Made by a program: the position numbers and the translations under genes. Shown piece by piece: positions 28,119 to 37,385 of a DNA stretch of 64,000 nucleotides (position 1 is its first letter; each line of letters starts with the position of its first letter). This stretch comes from Anaerovoracaceae bacterium. Lineage in GTDB: Bacteria; Bacillota; Clostridia; Peptostreptococcales; Anaerovoracaceae. The notes under the pieces are model-generated. The model made no database searches. It saw only the letters and a program-made list of their open reading frames with translations, and had not been told where the DNA came from. The stretch covers positions 18,323 through 82,322 of the forward strand of contig JBGUIG010000017.1 in NCBI GenBank assembly GCA_045112795.1, in the 5' to 3' direction.

Positions 28119-29285
28119 TTATGTGTTTCTGAGTTTGTTCAGCACATCCGCGAACACTTCCGGCAGATCTGAGTGAAATTCCATATATTCTCCGGTTGCA
28201 GGATGCACGAATCCAAGGGTGCCTGCATGGAGAAGCTGCCCGCTTAGTTTAGCAGCTGCTGCAGTGGAAGCAGCACGCCTCGGCCCGTACAGTTCATCAC
28301 CGACAAGCGGATGATGAATGTATGCCATATGGACTCTGATCTGATGTGTACGACCTGTTTCAAGGCGTGCTCTGACAAGGGTATATTTCCCGAATCTCTC
28401 AAGCACAGTGATATGAGTCACAGCGTTTCTGCTGCCCGAACCGTTAACCGCGTGCCGCATTCTGTTTCTTATGTCCCTTCCGATCGGGACATCTATGGTG
28501 ATCACGGGGCCTGATTCTGTTTCCTCACGGGTTACCCCGCTGACACCGAACGTCCCGCTTTCTGAGATATTATCGAAGCAAAGCGCTGTATATTCTCTGG
28601 TCACAGAGTGTACGCGGAGCTGTTCAGCAAGCGATTCATGCGCACGGTCGTTTTTTGCGATCATCAGAAGTCCGCTGGTATCTTTGTCTATTCTGTGGAC
28701 GATTCCCGGCCTTATAACACCGTTGATAGTGGAAAGCGAGTCGCCGCAGTGATGCATTACAGCATTCACAAGTGTTCCCGACCAGTTCCCCGGTCCCGGA
28801 TGCACGACCATTCCGCGAGGTTTGTTCACAACCAGAACATCGTCATCCTCATAGACGATTTCAAGCGGAATATCTTCAGGCTTTACATCAAGAGTCTCCG
28901 GTTCCGGAAGATCAATTGCGATCTCATCGCCGCAAGAGACAACCTGTTTCTTGGACTTAGCGGCTTTGCCATTAACAGTAACTCTACCTTTTTCGATAAG
29001 TCTGACCGCATAGCTTCTCGACAGCTCGTCTGTATTCCATCCGATGAAAGCATCCAGCCTTGCGCCTGCGTCCTCTTCGCTGACGGTAAGCGCAATAATA
29101 CCGGACTCGGAGGCCTGCTCTTCAGCAGAAATCTCTTCATCCAGATTCGTATCAGCATTTCTGATAATCGTATCATCAGGCTCATTATTCAGATTCGGGG
29201 CAGATTTTGGTACGATCACTCTGTTCTCTATTCTTCTTTTCTCATCTCGAGTATCAGGTAAAGTATGGTCAGAGCGCAGCCGCAA
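28119..29285 (-). CDS. rluD: RluA-family 23S rRNA pseudouridine synthase (RluD-like)
   Basis: S4-like region, catalytic HRIDKDTSGLL, and GRTHQIRVHM. The ATG at 29285 would overlap lspA by 58 nt. A GTG at 29219, just after the lspA stop, is an alternative start. Confidence 0.85.
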   Translation of the reverse strand: MRLRSDHTLPDTRDEKRRIENRVIVPKSAPNLNNEPDDTIIRNADTNLDEEISAEEQASESGIIALTVSEEDAGARLDAFIGWNTDELSRSYAVRLIEKGRVTVNGKAAKSKKQVVSCGDEIAIDLPEPETLDVKPEDIPLEIVYEDDDVLVVNKPRGMVVHPGPGNWSGTLVNAVMHHCGDSLSTINGVIRPGIVHRIDKDTSGLLMIAKNDRAHESLAEQLRVHSVTREYTALCFDNISESGTFGVSGVTREETESGPVITIDVPIGRDIRNRMRHAVNGSGSRNAVTHITVLERFGKYTLVRARLETGRTHQIRVHMAYIHHPLVGDELYGPRRAASTAAAAKLSGQLLHAGTLGFVHPATGEYMEFHSDLPEVFADVLNKLRNT

Positions 29286-29677
29286 GTCACGGCGATATCC
29301 GCAACGTTGAAGACTGCGAAGCTCCCGCAGGAGATCATGTCTGTAACATAGCCGAGTGTCAGGCGGTCAATGAGGTTCGATGCGCCGCCGGCTATCACGA
29401 ATGTAAGCAGTACCGACAACGGACGCGAGCCGCTTCTGGCTTCTCTGATCACGAAGACAAGGCATGCAACAATCAGAATCGATGTGAGCACAAGTGTGAT
29501 CCACTTATTCCCTTCAAACATGCTGAAAGCCGTGCCTGTATTGCGTACGTAAAGTATGCGGAACCACTCTCCGAGGACAGGTATGCTGTCACCGGGCTGC
29601 ATTCCGCTTCTTACAATGTATTTTGTTAGCTGATCGAGGGCAATAACAGCCGCAGCGATCACTGGGTAAATTACCAT
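29228..29677 (-). CDS. lspA: lipoprotein signal peptidase (SPase II)
   Basis: 149 aa with 4 TM segments and the NTGTAFS and FNVADIAV blocks. Confidence 0.92.
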   Translation of the reverse strand: MVIYPVIAAAVIALDQLTKYIVRSGMQPGDSIPVLGEWFRILYVRNTGTAFSMFEGNKWITLVLTSILIVACLVFVIREARSGSRPLSVLLTFVIAGGASNLIDRLTLGYVTDMISCGSFAVFNVADIAVTCGCALTILYLILEMRKEE

Positions 29678-29681
29678 TTTT

Positions 29682-31436
29682 CTATTTCTCCGACGGCAGT
29701 TTCGGGTCTACATACACGGTCTGGTTATGAGTGAAAATAACCATTCCCGGCTTGGCTCCGTTAGGCTTTTTGACGTAGCGCACAGGCACATAGTCAACAG
29801 GCACATTGGACCCCCCTGCCGCTTTGCTGTGAAATGCGGCAATTGATGCCGCTTCATATATGAGATCTGCGGTCAGGTCATTAACAGTCCTGCCGTCTTC
29901 CATTCTGACTATTACATGCGATCCCGGAATATCCTTGGTGTGCAGCCACACATCAGTCTTGGATGCGTACTTCATGGTCAGCCAGTCGTTTTCGATGTTA
30001 TTTCTGCCGACCAGCACCAGCGTTCCGTCGCTAAGCCTGTATTTTACCGGCTCAGGCCTGGAAGGTTTGCGCTTTCTCTGCGCTGCTTTGGCTCTCCGCT
30101 TGACATATCCGGTGCTCTCCAGCTCATCTCTTATCGACTCAAGCAGAGGCACACTGTCAGCGGCCTCGATGTTCTGAATTACTGACTCGAGGTATGCGAT
30201 GTCCTTGTCGTTGTCATCCAGCTGAGCCTGCTTCTCATGTATCGCAGTCCTTGCCTTGGAGTACTTCTTGAAGTACCGCTGAGCATTGGCGCTCGCCCCG
30301 ATCTTCTCATCCAGCGGAATGTCTATCAGAGATCCATCGTAGTAATTAGTAACAGTCGCCTTTCTGGCGCCCGGCTTTACCGCATGGATATTAGCCGTGA
30401 GCAGTTCACCGTAAAGCCTGTATTTCTCCGAGTTCTCGGCATTCAGGAGGTCTTCTGACAGCTTCTTCTTCTTGAGAAGCGCCTTGCTGAGAGATGCCTG
30501 CACCGATTTCAGGAGAGGCATGGATTTCTGTCTCACCAGATTTGACGTCTCGCGGTTGCTGAAAAAGTATTCGACACACTCTGATACGCTGGCAAAGTCT
30601 ATTCTCTCCAGGTCGTCATATTCCGACAGATCGGTAATGTGAAATTCACGCGGAGTTCCGGTCTTGCCCGGTATATCTGCTTTGCGGGCTGAATCATCTG
30701 ATCTGTCAATGTAGACACGCGGTATGCATGTTCCGTCGTCTATTGATCCGAGAATCTCGAGCAGTCTCGCTGCCGGCCTGACTGATCTTGAGCGGGCATC
30801 ATGCTGCTCTGGGCAGTATGCCAGCAGCTCTCTGCTGATTGCAGGCGATATGCCTCCTACCCAGCTCATCAATGCCTTGTCGTCTTCAGGGAGCTCCTGA
30901 TCTGCAGTAATCTCCCTGAACGGAATCTTGTCCTGTGCCGGCGGGTACTGATACACAATTCCCGGCAGAAGCTGTCTGTATCTGTTTACGTCGATGGATA
31001 TCCGCTTGATCGAATCTATTATCTTGCCGGACTCGATGTCCAGAAGCACGATATTACTGTGCTTTGCCATGATCTCGACTATCAGGCGTCTGCTGACCGA
31101 GAAGCCGAGCTCGTTCTGTGCCTCGATGTCGATTTCAATAATACGCTCAGAGCCGCGCTGCCTTACCTCGGTAATGCGTCCGCCCTGAAGATGCTTTCTT
31201 AAGAGCATGCAAAAAGTCGGCGGCTGATCAGGGTTCACGTAAGTTCCTGTTGTGAGGCAGACCCTCGCCGACTGACTGTTGCACGATATAAAGAGGCGGA
31301 CATTGCCGCTTCTTGTATGAATGTGAATGAGCAGCTCTTCAGATCCCGGCTGGTAGACCTTTTCAATCTTGCCCAGAGTGATCTTCTCTGCTAACTCTGT
31401 AGTTATTGCATATGTAATAATTCCATCGTAAGCCAT
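29682..31436 (-). CDS. rqcH: ribosome quality-control protein RqcH (NFACT / fibronectin-binding protein A family)
   Basis: MAYDGIITYAI...KIEKVYQP N-terminus, a central coiled region and a C-terminal NFACT-R block (VWLHTKDIPGSHVIV). Confidence 0.9.
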   Translation of the reverse strand: MAYDGIITYAITTELAEKITLGKIEKVYQPGSEELLIHIHTRSGNVRLFISCNSQSARVCLTTGTYVNPDQPPTFCMLLRKHLQGGRITEVRQRGSERIIEIDIEAQNELGFSVSRRLIVEIMAKHSNIVLLDIESGKIIDSIKRISIDVNRYRQLLPGIVYQYPPAQDKIPFREITADQELPEDDKALMSWVGGISPAISRELLAYCPEQHDARSRSVRPAARLLEILGSIDDGTCIPRVYIDRSDDSARKADIPGKTGTPREFHITDLSEYDDLERIDFASVSECVEYFFSNRETSNLVRQKSMPLLKSVQASLSKALLKKKKLSEDLLNAENSEKYRLYGELLTANIHAVKPGARKATVTNYYDGSLIDIPLDEKIGASANAQRYFKKYSKARTAIHEKQAQLDDNDKDIAYLESVIQNIEAADSVPLLESIRDELESTGYVKRRAKAAQRKRKPSRPEPVKYRLSDGTLVLVGRNNIENDWLTMKYASKTDVWLHTKDIPGSHVIVRMEDGRTVNDLTADLIYEAASIAAFHSKAAGGSNVPVDYVPVRYVKKPNGAKPGMVIFTHNQTVYVDPKLPSEK

Positions 31437-31517
31437 ACGGAGTTATTTTACCATCCTGATGTTCTGTCTTGCAATAGTTCATGTCCGTATTGGTCATCAG
31501 ATGTAGTATTTCAAAGT

Positions 31518-31562
31518 AAAAAAAGCATCTCCTTCCATCCTGCCGGACAGAAAGATATGCTT
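31518..31562 (-). terminator. rho-independent terminator after divIVA
   Basis: On the minus strand, an imperfect hairpin (GCATATCTTTC...GGAAGGAGATGC) is followed by TTTTTTT (complement of 31518-31524). Confidence 0.6.
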
Positions 31563-31599
31563 CTGAATTCCTGATAGGTATATATCCGTATGAACGGAA

Positions 31600-32424
31600 T
31601 TACTTGAGGATGATTGTATCGCCGATGCTTGCAGGCTCTTCAGCCATCTTCTTGAGTCCTTCTGACAGGTCGGAAATAGTTGCGTGTCCGAGGTCAGTGA
31701 TAGGCTCATTGCCGAAATCAATTACAGGCTTCTCGCTTACTACGATTGTAGCGCCCTGTGATACAGGTTCTTCAGCTACTGCCTCAGCAATAGCATCGGT
31801 ATCAAGGCCGAGGTCGCTGCTGATTGTAGGTGCTGTACCTGCGTCAAGATCATCGAGGAGGCCGAACGGATCATCTTCGAGGCTCTGCAGTTCAGTTCCG
31901 AACATTTCTGTGATGTTCTTGCACTGAGCAGCGACAGCTTCGGTTGCGCTCTTATGCTGATCTTCAAGCTTTGCGAGCTGAGAATCAAACATTTCCTTAG
32001 CGCTCTTGCTGGCGTTCTCAAGCATCTTCTTGTAATTGGATCTGAGTCTCTCGATCTTGTTGCTCAGAACTGTATACTCGTCATTCAGCTTCTTGACATT
32101 AACCTTGGCATCAAGGAGCATATTCTCAGCCTCAAGCTCAGCGTCTCTCATCATGAGCTCAGCTCTTCTCTCAGCGCTTGCGGAGATGTCAGCCATCAGC
32201 TTCTTTGCTGTCTCGAGAGTCTCGAGCATAGCATTGTCATCCTTCTGAGCCTCTTCGAGCTGCTTCTCAAGAGCTTTGATCTTGTGAGCCATTGATCTGT
32301 TGTCGTTGAGAATTTTCTCATAATCAGCAACGATAATGTCGAGGAACTCATCAACTTCTCTTGAGTTGTATCCTCTCTTGTCACGGCTGAATTCTTTCTT
32401 ATCAATATCAATAGGCATTATCAT
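31600..32424 (-). CDS. divIVA: DivIVA domain-containing cell-division protein
   Basis: The N-terminus PIDIDKKEFSRDKRGYNSREVDEFLD matches the DivIVA signature, followed by coiled-coil sequence. Confidence 0.88.
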   Translation of the reverse strand: MIMPIDIDKKEFSRDKRGYNSREVDEFLDIIVADYEKILNDNRSMAHKIKALEKQLEEAQKDDNAMLETLETAKKLMADISASAERRAELMMRDAELEAENMLLDAKVNVKKLNDEYTVLSNKIERLRSNYKKMLENASKSAKEMFDSQLAKLEDQHKSATEAVAAQCKNITEMFGTELQSLEDDPFGLLDDLDAGTAPTISSDLGLDTDAIAEAVAEEPVSQGATIVVSEKPVIDFGNEPITDLGHATISDLSEGLKKMAEEPASIGDTIILK

Positions 32425-32448
32425 AATGTCGCACCTTACCTTTCTTTT

Positions 32449-32985
32449 CTATTTCCAAGGGTTGGAATTTGCAGGCTTTCCTGCCTCTGTTGCTCTGTCG
32501 ACCATAGCCTTGATATCTACGTTCTTAGGAGCAAAGATGTATATATTCTGATTGATTCTCTGCACAGTTCCGGACAAAGCGTATGTTGCGCCGCCAAGGA
32601 AGTCAAACATCTTGCGTGCAAGGTCTGTCTCAACTTTCTCGAGGTTGATGATAACCGGCTTGCGTGCTCTCAGATTGTCTACCAGCTTACGGCATTCATC
32701 GAGGCTCTTAGGCTCGATAACTACCATCTTGAACTGACCGGACTGATTCATTGAATCCTTCATGTCCGGAGAAGCCTTAGGCATTGCTGTCATCGGAGGT
32801 TCTACACTGCCGAATCCAAGCGGTTTGATTGGTGAACTGCTGTCTCCTGCAGGTGCTGTGCTTGCAGTTCCTGAAGATCCCATGTTCTTCTTGTACTCAT
32901 CGATCTCTGCCTGAGTGATTTCGAGATCGTCATCTTCCTCGTAGTCGATACCCACGAGCTCTTTCATTTTGTCCATGAAACTCAT
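32449..32985 (-). CDS. sepF: cell division protein SepF
   Basis: The C-terminal core VVIEPKSLDECRKLVDNLRARKPVIINL...DFLGGATYAL is typical of SepF/YlmF. Confidence 0.9.
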   Translation of the reverse strand: MSFMDKMKELVGIDYEEDDDLEITQAEIDEYKKNMGSSGTASTAPAGDSSSPIKPLGFGSVEPPMTAMPKASPDMKDSMNQSGQFKMVVIEPKSLDECRKLVDNLRARKPVIINLEKVETDLARKMFDFLGGATYALSGTVQRINQNIYIFAPKNVDIKAMVDRATEAGKPANSNPWK

Positions 32986-33001
32986 TTTTTGTGCATCCTC
33001 C

Positions 33002-33712
33002 CTATCTGTAGTTACGCGGTCCGAATATTGAGCTGCCTACTCTGACAATTGTTGACCCTTCTTCGATTGCTACTTCATAATCTCCGGACATCCCCATCGA
33101 CAATGTGTCCGGACAGAATCTGTCAGACGGCAGATCCCATGTCTTCATTTCTTCAAACAATCCGCGGGCTTCGCGGAAATATGGTCTCGCATCTTCAGGC
33201 ACCTCTGCGATTGGCGGAACGCACATCAGCCCTCTGATACGCACATTGCTGCACTCAGCAGCGATTTCTTCAGCCAGATTTCTGAGGTCTCCGGCTGCAA
33301 TACCTGATTTGGTCTCCTCCATTGCGGAATTGATCTCAATCAGTATGTCCATCACGATACCGGCGTTCCCTGCTCTCTTGTCAATTTCTCTGGCAAGTTT
33401 GAGCGAGTCAACCGAATGAATCATGACTACTTTGTCGATTATGTTCTTGACTTTGTTAGTCTGAAGATGACCGATCAGATGCCATCTTACAGGTTTCACA
33501 CCGTCGTATTTTTCAAGCAGTTCCTGAACGCGGTTTTCTCCGATATCGGTAGCGCCGGCATCAATCGCTTCGTTGATTTCAGCAGCGGTATGCGTCTTGG
33601 TTACAGCCATCAGAGTGACATCCTGAGGCTCCCTGCCGCTTCTGATTGCAGCGGCATTTTTGCGTTCTTCTACCTGCCTGTATCTATCTGTTATGTTCAA
33701 ACTCATTATCAT
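33002..33712 (-). CDS. yggS: YggS-family pyridoxal-phosphate homeostasis protein
   Basis: LMAVTKTH (PLP lysine), GENRVQE, HLIGHLQTNKV and LSMGMSGDY blocks. Confidence 0.92.
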   Translation of the reverse strand: MIMSLNITDRYRQVEERKNAAAIRSGREPQDVTLMAVTKTHTAAEINEAIDAGATDIGENRVQELLEKYDGVKPVRWHLIGHLQTNKVKNIIDKVVMIHSVDSLKLAREIDKRAGNAGIVMDILIEINSAMEETKSGIAAGDLRNLAEEIAAECSNVRIRGLMCVPPIAEVPEDARPYFREARGLFEEMKTWDLPSDRFCPDTLSMGMSGDYEVAIEEGSTIVRVGSSIFGPRNYR

Positions 33713-35106
33713 TCACCTGATCCCTCTGTATTTGAGGCTTCAGTATTGCCTGCATTATTTGAGTTGTCTGCCGCATTTTCAGCAGGCTGCGCAGCTGCGT
33801 CAGCTGCAGGAGCTGTGCCCTCTGCAGGCTGCGTCTCACCGGCTGCAGGTGTCACGGCATTCGGTAAGACCTGACCGTTGTCTTCTGCCTCAGCTGCTGC
33901 CTGTTTTGCAGCTGCTTTCTTAAGAGCTTCCTGTATCGCTGCGTCGCGTCCGGCTTCTCTTGCCGCCCTGTCAGCTGCCTCTTTCTCTCTCTGAGCCTTT
34001 TCTTCGGCCTCCTTGGCAGCCTGTACCTGCAGATCAGCGATCTCTTCTTCGGTAGGTTCTGCGACAATCTCGTCATAAGTACTCAGAGTCTCTACATAGT
34101 TGCCTTCTGCGTCTACATAAATATCTGAATACACAACACAGCGCTCGCCGTCATCAACTTTGATGGAGATAGGTTTGAACCTGTGCTCTCCGAGCTTGTT
34201 TTTGACGAAAACGCCTATCTGTTCTCCCTTTTTGACGATGCTCGAATCCTGCAGCACCAGCCCTTCAGCACTCGCTACAGTAACCGTAGTCTTCATGGTC
34301 CTCTCCTCGAAGAAGCCCTCGAAGAACGATTTGCAGGAAAGAACGACTCTTGTAGTTTCCTTGCCGGCCTGCACTTCTGCGACTTTGACGGGCACTTTGC
34401 TCCCGTTAATATCAATAGAAACCGTGCGGCCCTGGACATATTTCTCGCCTGCTTTGTTATCTATATAAAATACGAGATACCACTTGCTGTTGTGAATGAC
34501 CTTGAAAATCGGATCGCCTTTGCCGGCTGTCTGAGACTGAGTCTCGACCTTCTTGCGTGTGGTGAATTCTTCAAAGTCCTTCTGGCTGATTTCATCTATC
34601 TTGTCAGTTGAAAGCCTGCTCTCAGCACCGTCAATATTGTAACTGATATATCCTGCCTGCTGACTGACACCCTTCTCGCTCGGATGAACGTCTCCGCCCA
34701 GATCCTCAAGGATTCTGACGTATTTACGGCTGATGTTCTCAGGTGCCTCGCCGTTAGCCTCGGCTGCAGCCTGGGCAGATTCCTGATCAGCGTCCGGGCC
34801 GGCTTCCTTGGCAGCCTCAGCCTCCTCATCGATGATAGGAGTCAGCTTGACTATCTTGGTCTTGGCCTTGATCAGCCTGTCTGTATCTGCAAGTCTCTCA
34901 ACCTCGCTGTCCTGTGCGGCGACATAGACAGTTTCGTCACGCACAATATAGGCAGAGACCTCATCAGTGATATCGATCTTACCGTATTCCGTTACGTATG
35001 TTTTCTCGAGCATGCCCTTGACGGAAGGAACAGCATATATCACTATGAGACACGCTGCCAGGAGCGTGATATAGATTATAAATACTGCTAACCACTTCTT
35101 TTTCAT
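33709..35106 (-). CDS. membrane-anchored protein of unknown function (weak HlyD-like resemblance)
   Basis: N-terminal TM helix (WLAVFIIYITLLAACLIVIYAV), a beta-rich middle and an Ala/Glu/Lys-rich low-complexity C-terminus. A 4-nt overlap couples it to yggS. Confidence 0.45.
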   Translation of the reverse strand: MKKKWLAVFIIYITLLAACLIVIYAVPSVKGMLEKTYVTEYGKIDITDEVSAYIVRDETVYVAAQDSEVERLADTDRLIKAKTKIVKLTPIIDEEAEAAKEAGPDADQESAQAAAEANGEAPENISRKYVRILEDLGGDVHPSEKGVSQQAGYISYNIDGAESRLSTDKIDEISQKDFEEFTTRKKVETQSQTAGKGDPIFKVIHNSKWYLVFYIDNKAGEKYVQGRTVSIDINGSKVPVKVAEVQAGKETTRVVLSCKSFFEGFFEERTMKTTVTVASAEGLVLQDSSIVKKGEQIGVFVKNKLGEHRFKPISIKVDDGERCVVYSDIYVDAEGNYVETLSTYDEIVAEPTEEEIADLQVQAAKEAEEKAQREKEAADRAAREAGRDAAIQEALKKAAAKQAAAEAEDNGQVLPNAVTPAAGETQPAEGTAPAADAAAQPAENAADNSNNAGNTEASNTEGSGE

Positions 35107-35135
35107 TACGGGCCCTCTTCGTAGAATTATACAAT

Positions 35136-35175
35136 ATAAAAGCCCGGTAGTACAATATGTATTTACTCCGGGCCG
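35136..35175 (-). terminator. candidate terminator after trmD
   Basis: On the minus strand, GCCCGG...CCGGGC hairpin (35142-35173) followed by TTTTAT. An extended -10-like TGTATAAT follows immediately. Confidence 0.5.
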
Positions 35176-35276
35176 CCAAAATAACTATATTTTGTGCTGT
35201 GTAAAAGTCGCTTTACATGCCTTGCTTGTGGATTTTTCCAAGTGCAAAGCTTAATGTTAGTGCAAAGCAACAGTTC

Positions 35277-36005
35277 TTATTTGCGGTATTTGTCGAGTAC
35301 TGCGCGTTCTTTGCGTGTCAGTTCGTGAGGCTTATCAAGGTACTTCTCCATTAGATCCGGCCGCCTCTTGGCTGTCAGCTCGAGCGACTGTTCCCAGCGC
35401 CACTTCGCAATCTCCTTGTGATTGCCCGACAGAAGAACATCCGGTACTGCCATGCCCTCGTATTCGGCCGGTCTTGAATACTGCGGATATTCAAGCAGTC
35501 CCGAGTACACAGACTCATCCATAACAGACTCTTCACTTGCAAGAACTCCCTCCAGGAATCTTGCAACGGTGTCTATCAGCACCATAGCAGGCAGTTCTCC
35601 GCCTGTCAGAACGTAATCCCCGATAGACACTTCTCTGGCGTTCAGCGCATCGAGAGCGCGCTGATCCACACCTTCATAGTGTCCGCACAGAATCGTGATC
35701 TCTTCCTGTTCCGAAAACTCACGTGCAAGTTCACCGCTGAGAACCTCGCCGCGAGGCGACATATACAGAACTTCTCCACCATATCCGGCAGATCTGAACG
35801 CGTCAAGAATAGGCTGAACCTGCATCACCATTCCGGCGCCGCCTCCGTAAGGCGTGTCATCAACCCGGTTGTGCTTGTCCAGCGTGTAATCTCTGATGTC
35901 AGTCACACTGATCTCAAGTATTCCTTTGTCAATCGCCCTTCCAAGCATGCTCTGGCGCAGAGGCTCGAACATCTCAGGAAAGATTGTAAGAATATTGATT
36001 TTCAT
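35277..36005 (-). CDS. trmD: tRNA (guanine37-N1)-methyltransferase
   Basis: MKINILTIFPEMF start plus the YGGGAGMVM and LCGHYEGVDQR blocks. Confidence 0.95.
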   Translation of the reverse strand: MKINILTIFPEMFEPLRQSMLGRAIDKGILEISVTDIRDYTLDKHNRVDDTPYGGGAGMVMQVQPILDAFRSAGYGGEVLYMSPRGEVLSGELAREFSEQEEITILCGHYEGVDQRALDALNAREVSIGDYVLTGGELPAMVLIDTVARFLEGVLASEESVMDESVYSGLLEYPQYSRPAEYEGMAVPDVLLSGNHKEIAKWRWEQSLELTAKRRPDLMEKYLDKPHELTRKERAVLDKYRK

Positions 36006-36577
36006 TAATCCAGAAATCCGGGGATCAGTTCCACCGCAATTACTTCTCTGTCATCATCAATGCATTTCAGAAATGCATCAACTGCAGGAATGAGTACCTG
36101 TTTGCCGTCAGCACTTTCGACATCAAGTATACTCTGAGCAGTATTCTGAATTACATCTCTCAGCACACCGACCTCTCTGCCGCTGGCCAGATCCGTTACC
36201 TGATAGCCGATTATGTCTCTGACATAGTGCTGTCCTTCAGGCAATTCTTCAAGCTGATCCTCGCGGATGTAAACTTCCATTCCTCTCAGCTCATCAGCCA
36301 TAGTTCTGTCAGTTATTCCTTCAAGTCTGATAACAGGCTTGTCCTTCTGAAGTCTGACGCCTGTACACTTTGCTTCGATTTCACGCAAAGTCTTATCCGG
36401 ACCTGACGGTCTTGATGAACCTGCCGTTTTGCCCGTATGCTTAAGAAGGAGGACTTTGCCCTCCTTCAGATTTTCGGAATCCGGGGCATACAGTGTGACC
36501 CTGACTTCTCCTCTGAGGCCGACACTGCTCCCGATTTTTCCAATATTGATTAATTCTTCAGTATCTCTTCTCTTCAA
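36005..36577 (-). CDS. rimM: 16S rRNA processing protein RimM
   Basis: IGKIGSSVGLRGEVRV N-terminus and a PRC-barrel C-terminus. Located between the KH-protein gene and trmD. Confidence 0.9.
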   Translation of the reverse strand: MKRRDTEELINIGKIGSSVGLRGEVRVTLYAPDSENLKEGKVLLLKHTGKTAGSSRPSGPDKTLREIEAKCTGVRLQKDKPVIRLEGITDRTMADELRGMEVYIREDQLEELPEGQHYVRDIIGYQVTDLASGREVGVLRDVIQNTAQSILDVESADGKQVLIPAVDAFLKCIDDDREVIAVELIPGFLD

Positions 36578-36645
36578 TGATCTCTACCTTAATCTGCAAC
36601 TACTGTTCTATATCTAACGTATTGATCCGAAGCGGCCTTCCCGTC

Positions 36646-36879
36646 TTATTCCTCAACGATCTCAACCGTAACTCTGAGATTCTGCTTGATTGCTGCAGCC
36701 TTGACTACTGTCCTGATCGCTTTAGCAATGCGGCCTGACTTTCCGATAATCTTACCGATATCTTCGTCAGCTACCTGCAGCTTAACAAGGACTTCCTTGC
36801 CGTCTGTCTCTTCAGTAACTCTAACTTCGTCAGGCTTGGACACAAGAGCTCTGGCAATTACTTCAACTAGACTTCCCAT
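36646..36879 (-). CDS. KH domain RNA-binding protein (YlqC/UPF0109)
   Basis: 77 aa containing the GKIIGKSGRIAKAIRTV GXXG loop. Confidence 0.88.
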   Translation of the reverse strand: MGSLVEVIARALVSKPDEVRVTEETDGKEVLVKLQVADEDIGKIIGKSGRIAKAIRTVVKAAAIKQNLRVTVEIVEE

Positions 36880-36976
36880 TGCTTGTTTCCTTCCTTTTCA
36901 TATCCATTACAATAAACCGGCTGCTCCGTCAGAGGCAGCTTGTGGTTATCGTATGGCTCAAGAGACTCGTGTACTA

Positions 36977-37219
36977 TTATTCGATAGCGCCTGACTTCTT
37001 GAGGAGAGCTCTTACTGTATCAGTTGGCTGTGCGCCGTTGTCAAGCCACTTCTTTGCAGCTTCGTTGTCGATCTTGATCTCAGCAGGGTTCTTCAGTGGA
37101 TCATAAGTACCGATCTCCTCGATGAACTTACCATTGCGAGGTGTTCTTGAATCTGCAACAACTACTCTGTAGAAAGGCTTCTTGTGAGCTCCCATTCTCT
37201 TAAGTCTGATCTTAACCAT
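36977..37219 (-). CDS. rpsP: 30S ribosomal protein S16
   Basis: The N-terminus is [25 protein letters not shown]. Confidence 0.97.
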   Translation of the reverse strand: MVKIRLKRMGAHKKPFYRVVVADSRTPRNGKFIEEIGTYDPLKNPAEIKIDNEAAKKWLDNGAQPTDTVRALLKKSGAIE

Positions 37220-37385
37220 TTTTTCCTCCTAATTAATATACTTATAAAATTATTATTTATGAATTCACTGCCTACAGATCTGCCGCACTGCCGTGGCCAC
37301 CATAGTGTTGCCACATTACCGGTCTCTATATTACCGGTCTCCGCATTACAGGCCTAATCCCGCATCCAGGAATTGATAACTTGTC

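Noticed and set aside
28119-29285. A 58-nt overlap of rluD with lspA and a ~75-aa N-terminal extension on RluD.
   Set aside because: This is probably a start-codon assignment issue. An in-frame GTG at 29219 lies just after the lspA stop, and the extension is low-complexity. It is not strong enough to report as a biological feature.
37315-37352. Short tandem repeat ATTACCGGTCTC(T/C) x2 (plus a partial ATTACAGG) between ffh and rpsP.
   Set aside because: It has only two copies of 12-13 nt, with no associated hairpin/U-tract or promoter hexamers. It is most simply a small slippage duplication in an intra-operon spacer.
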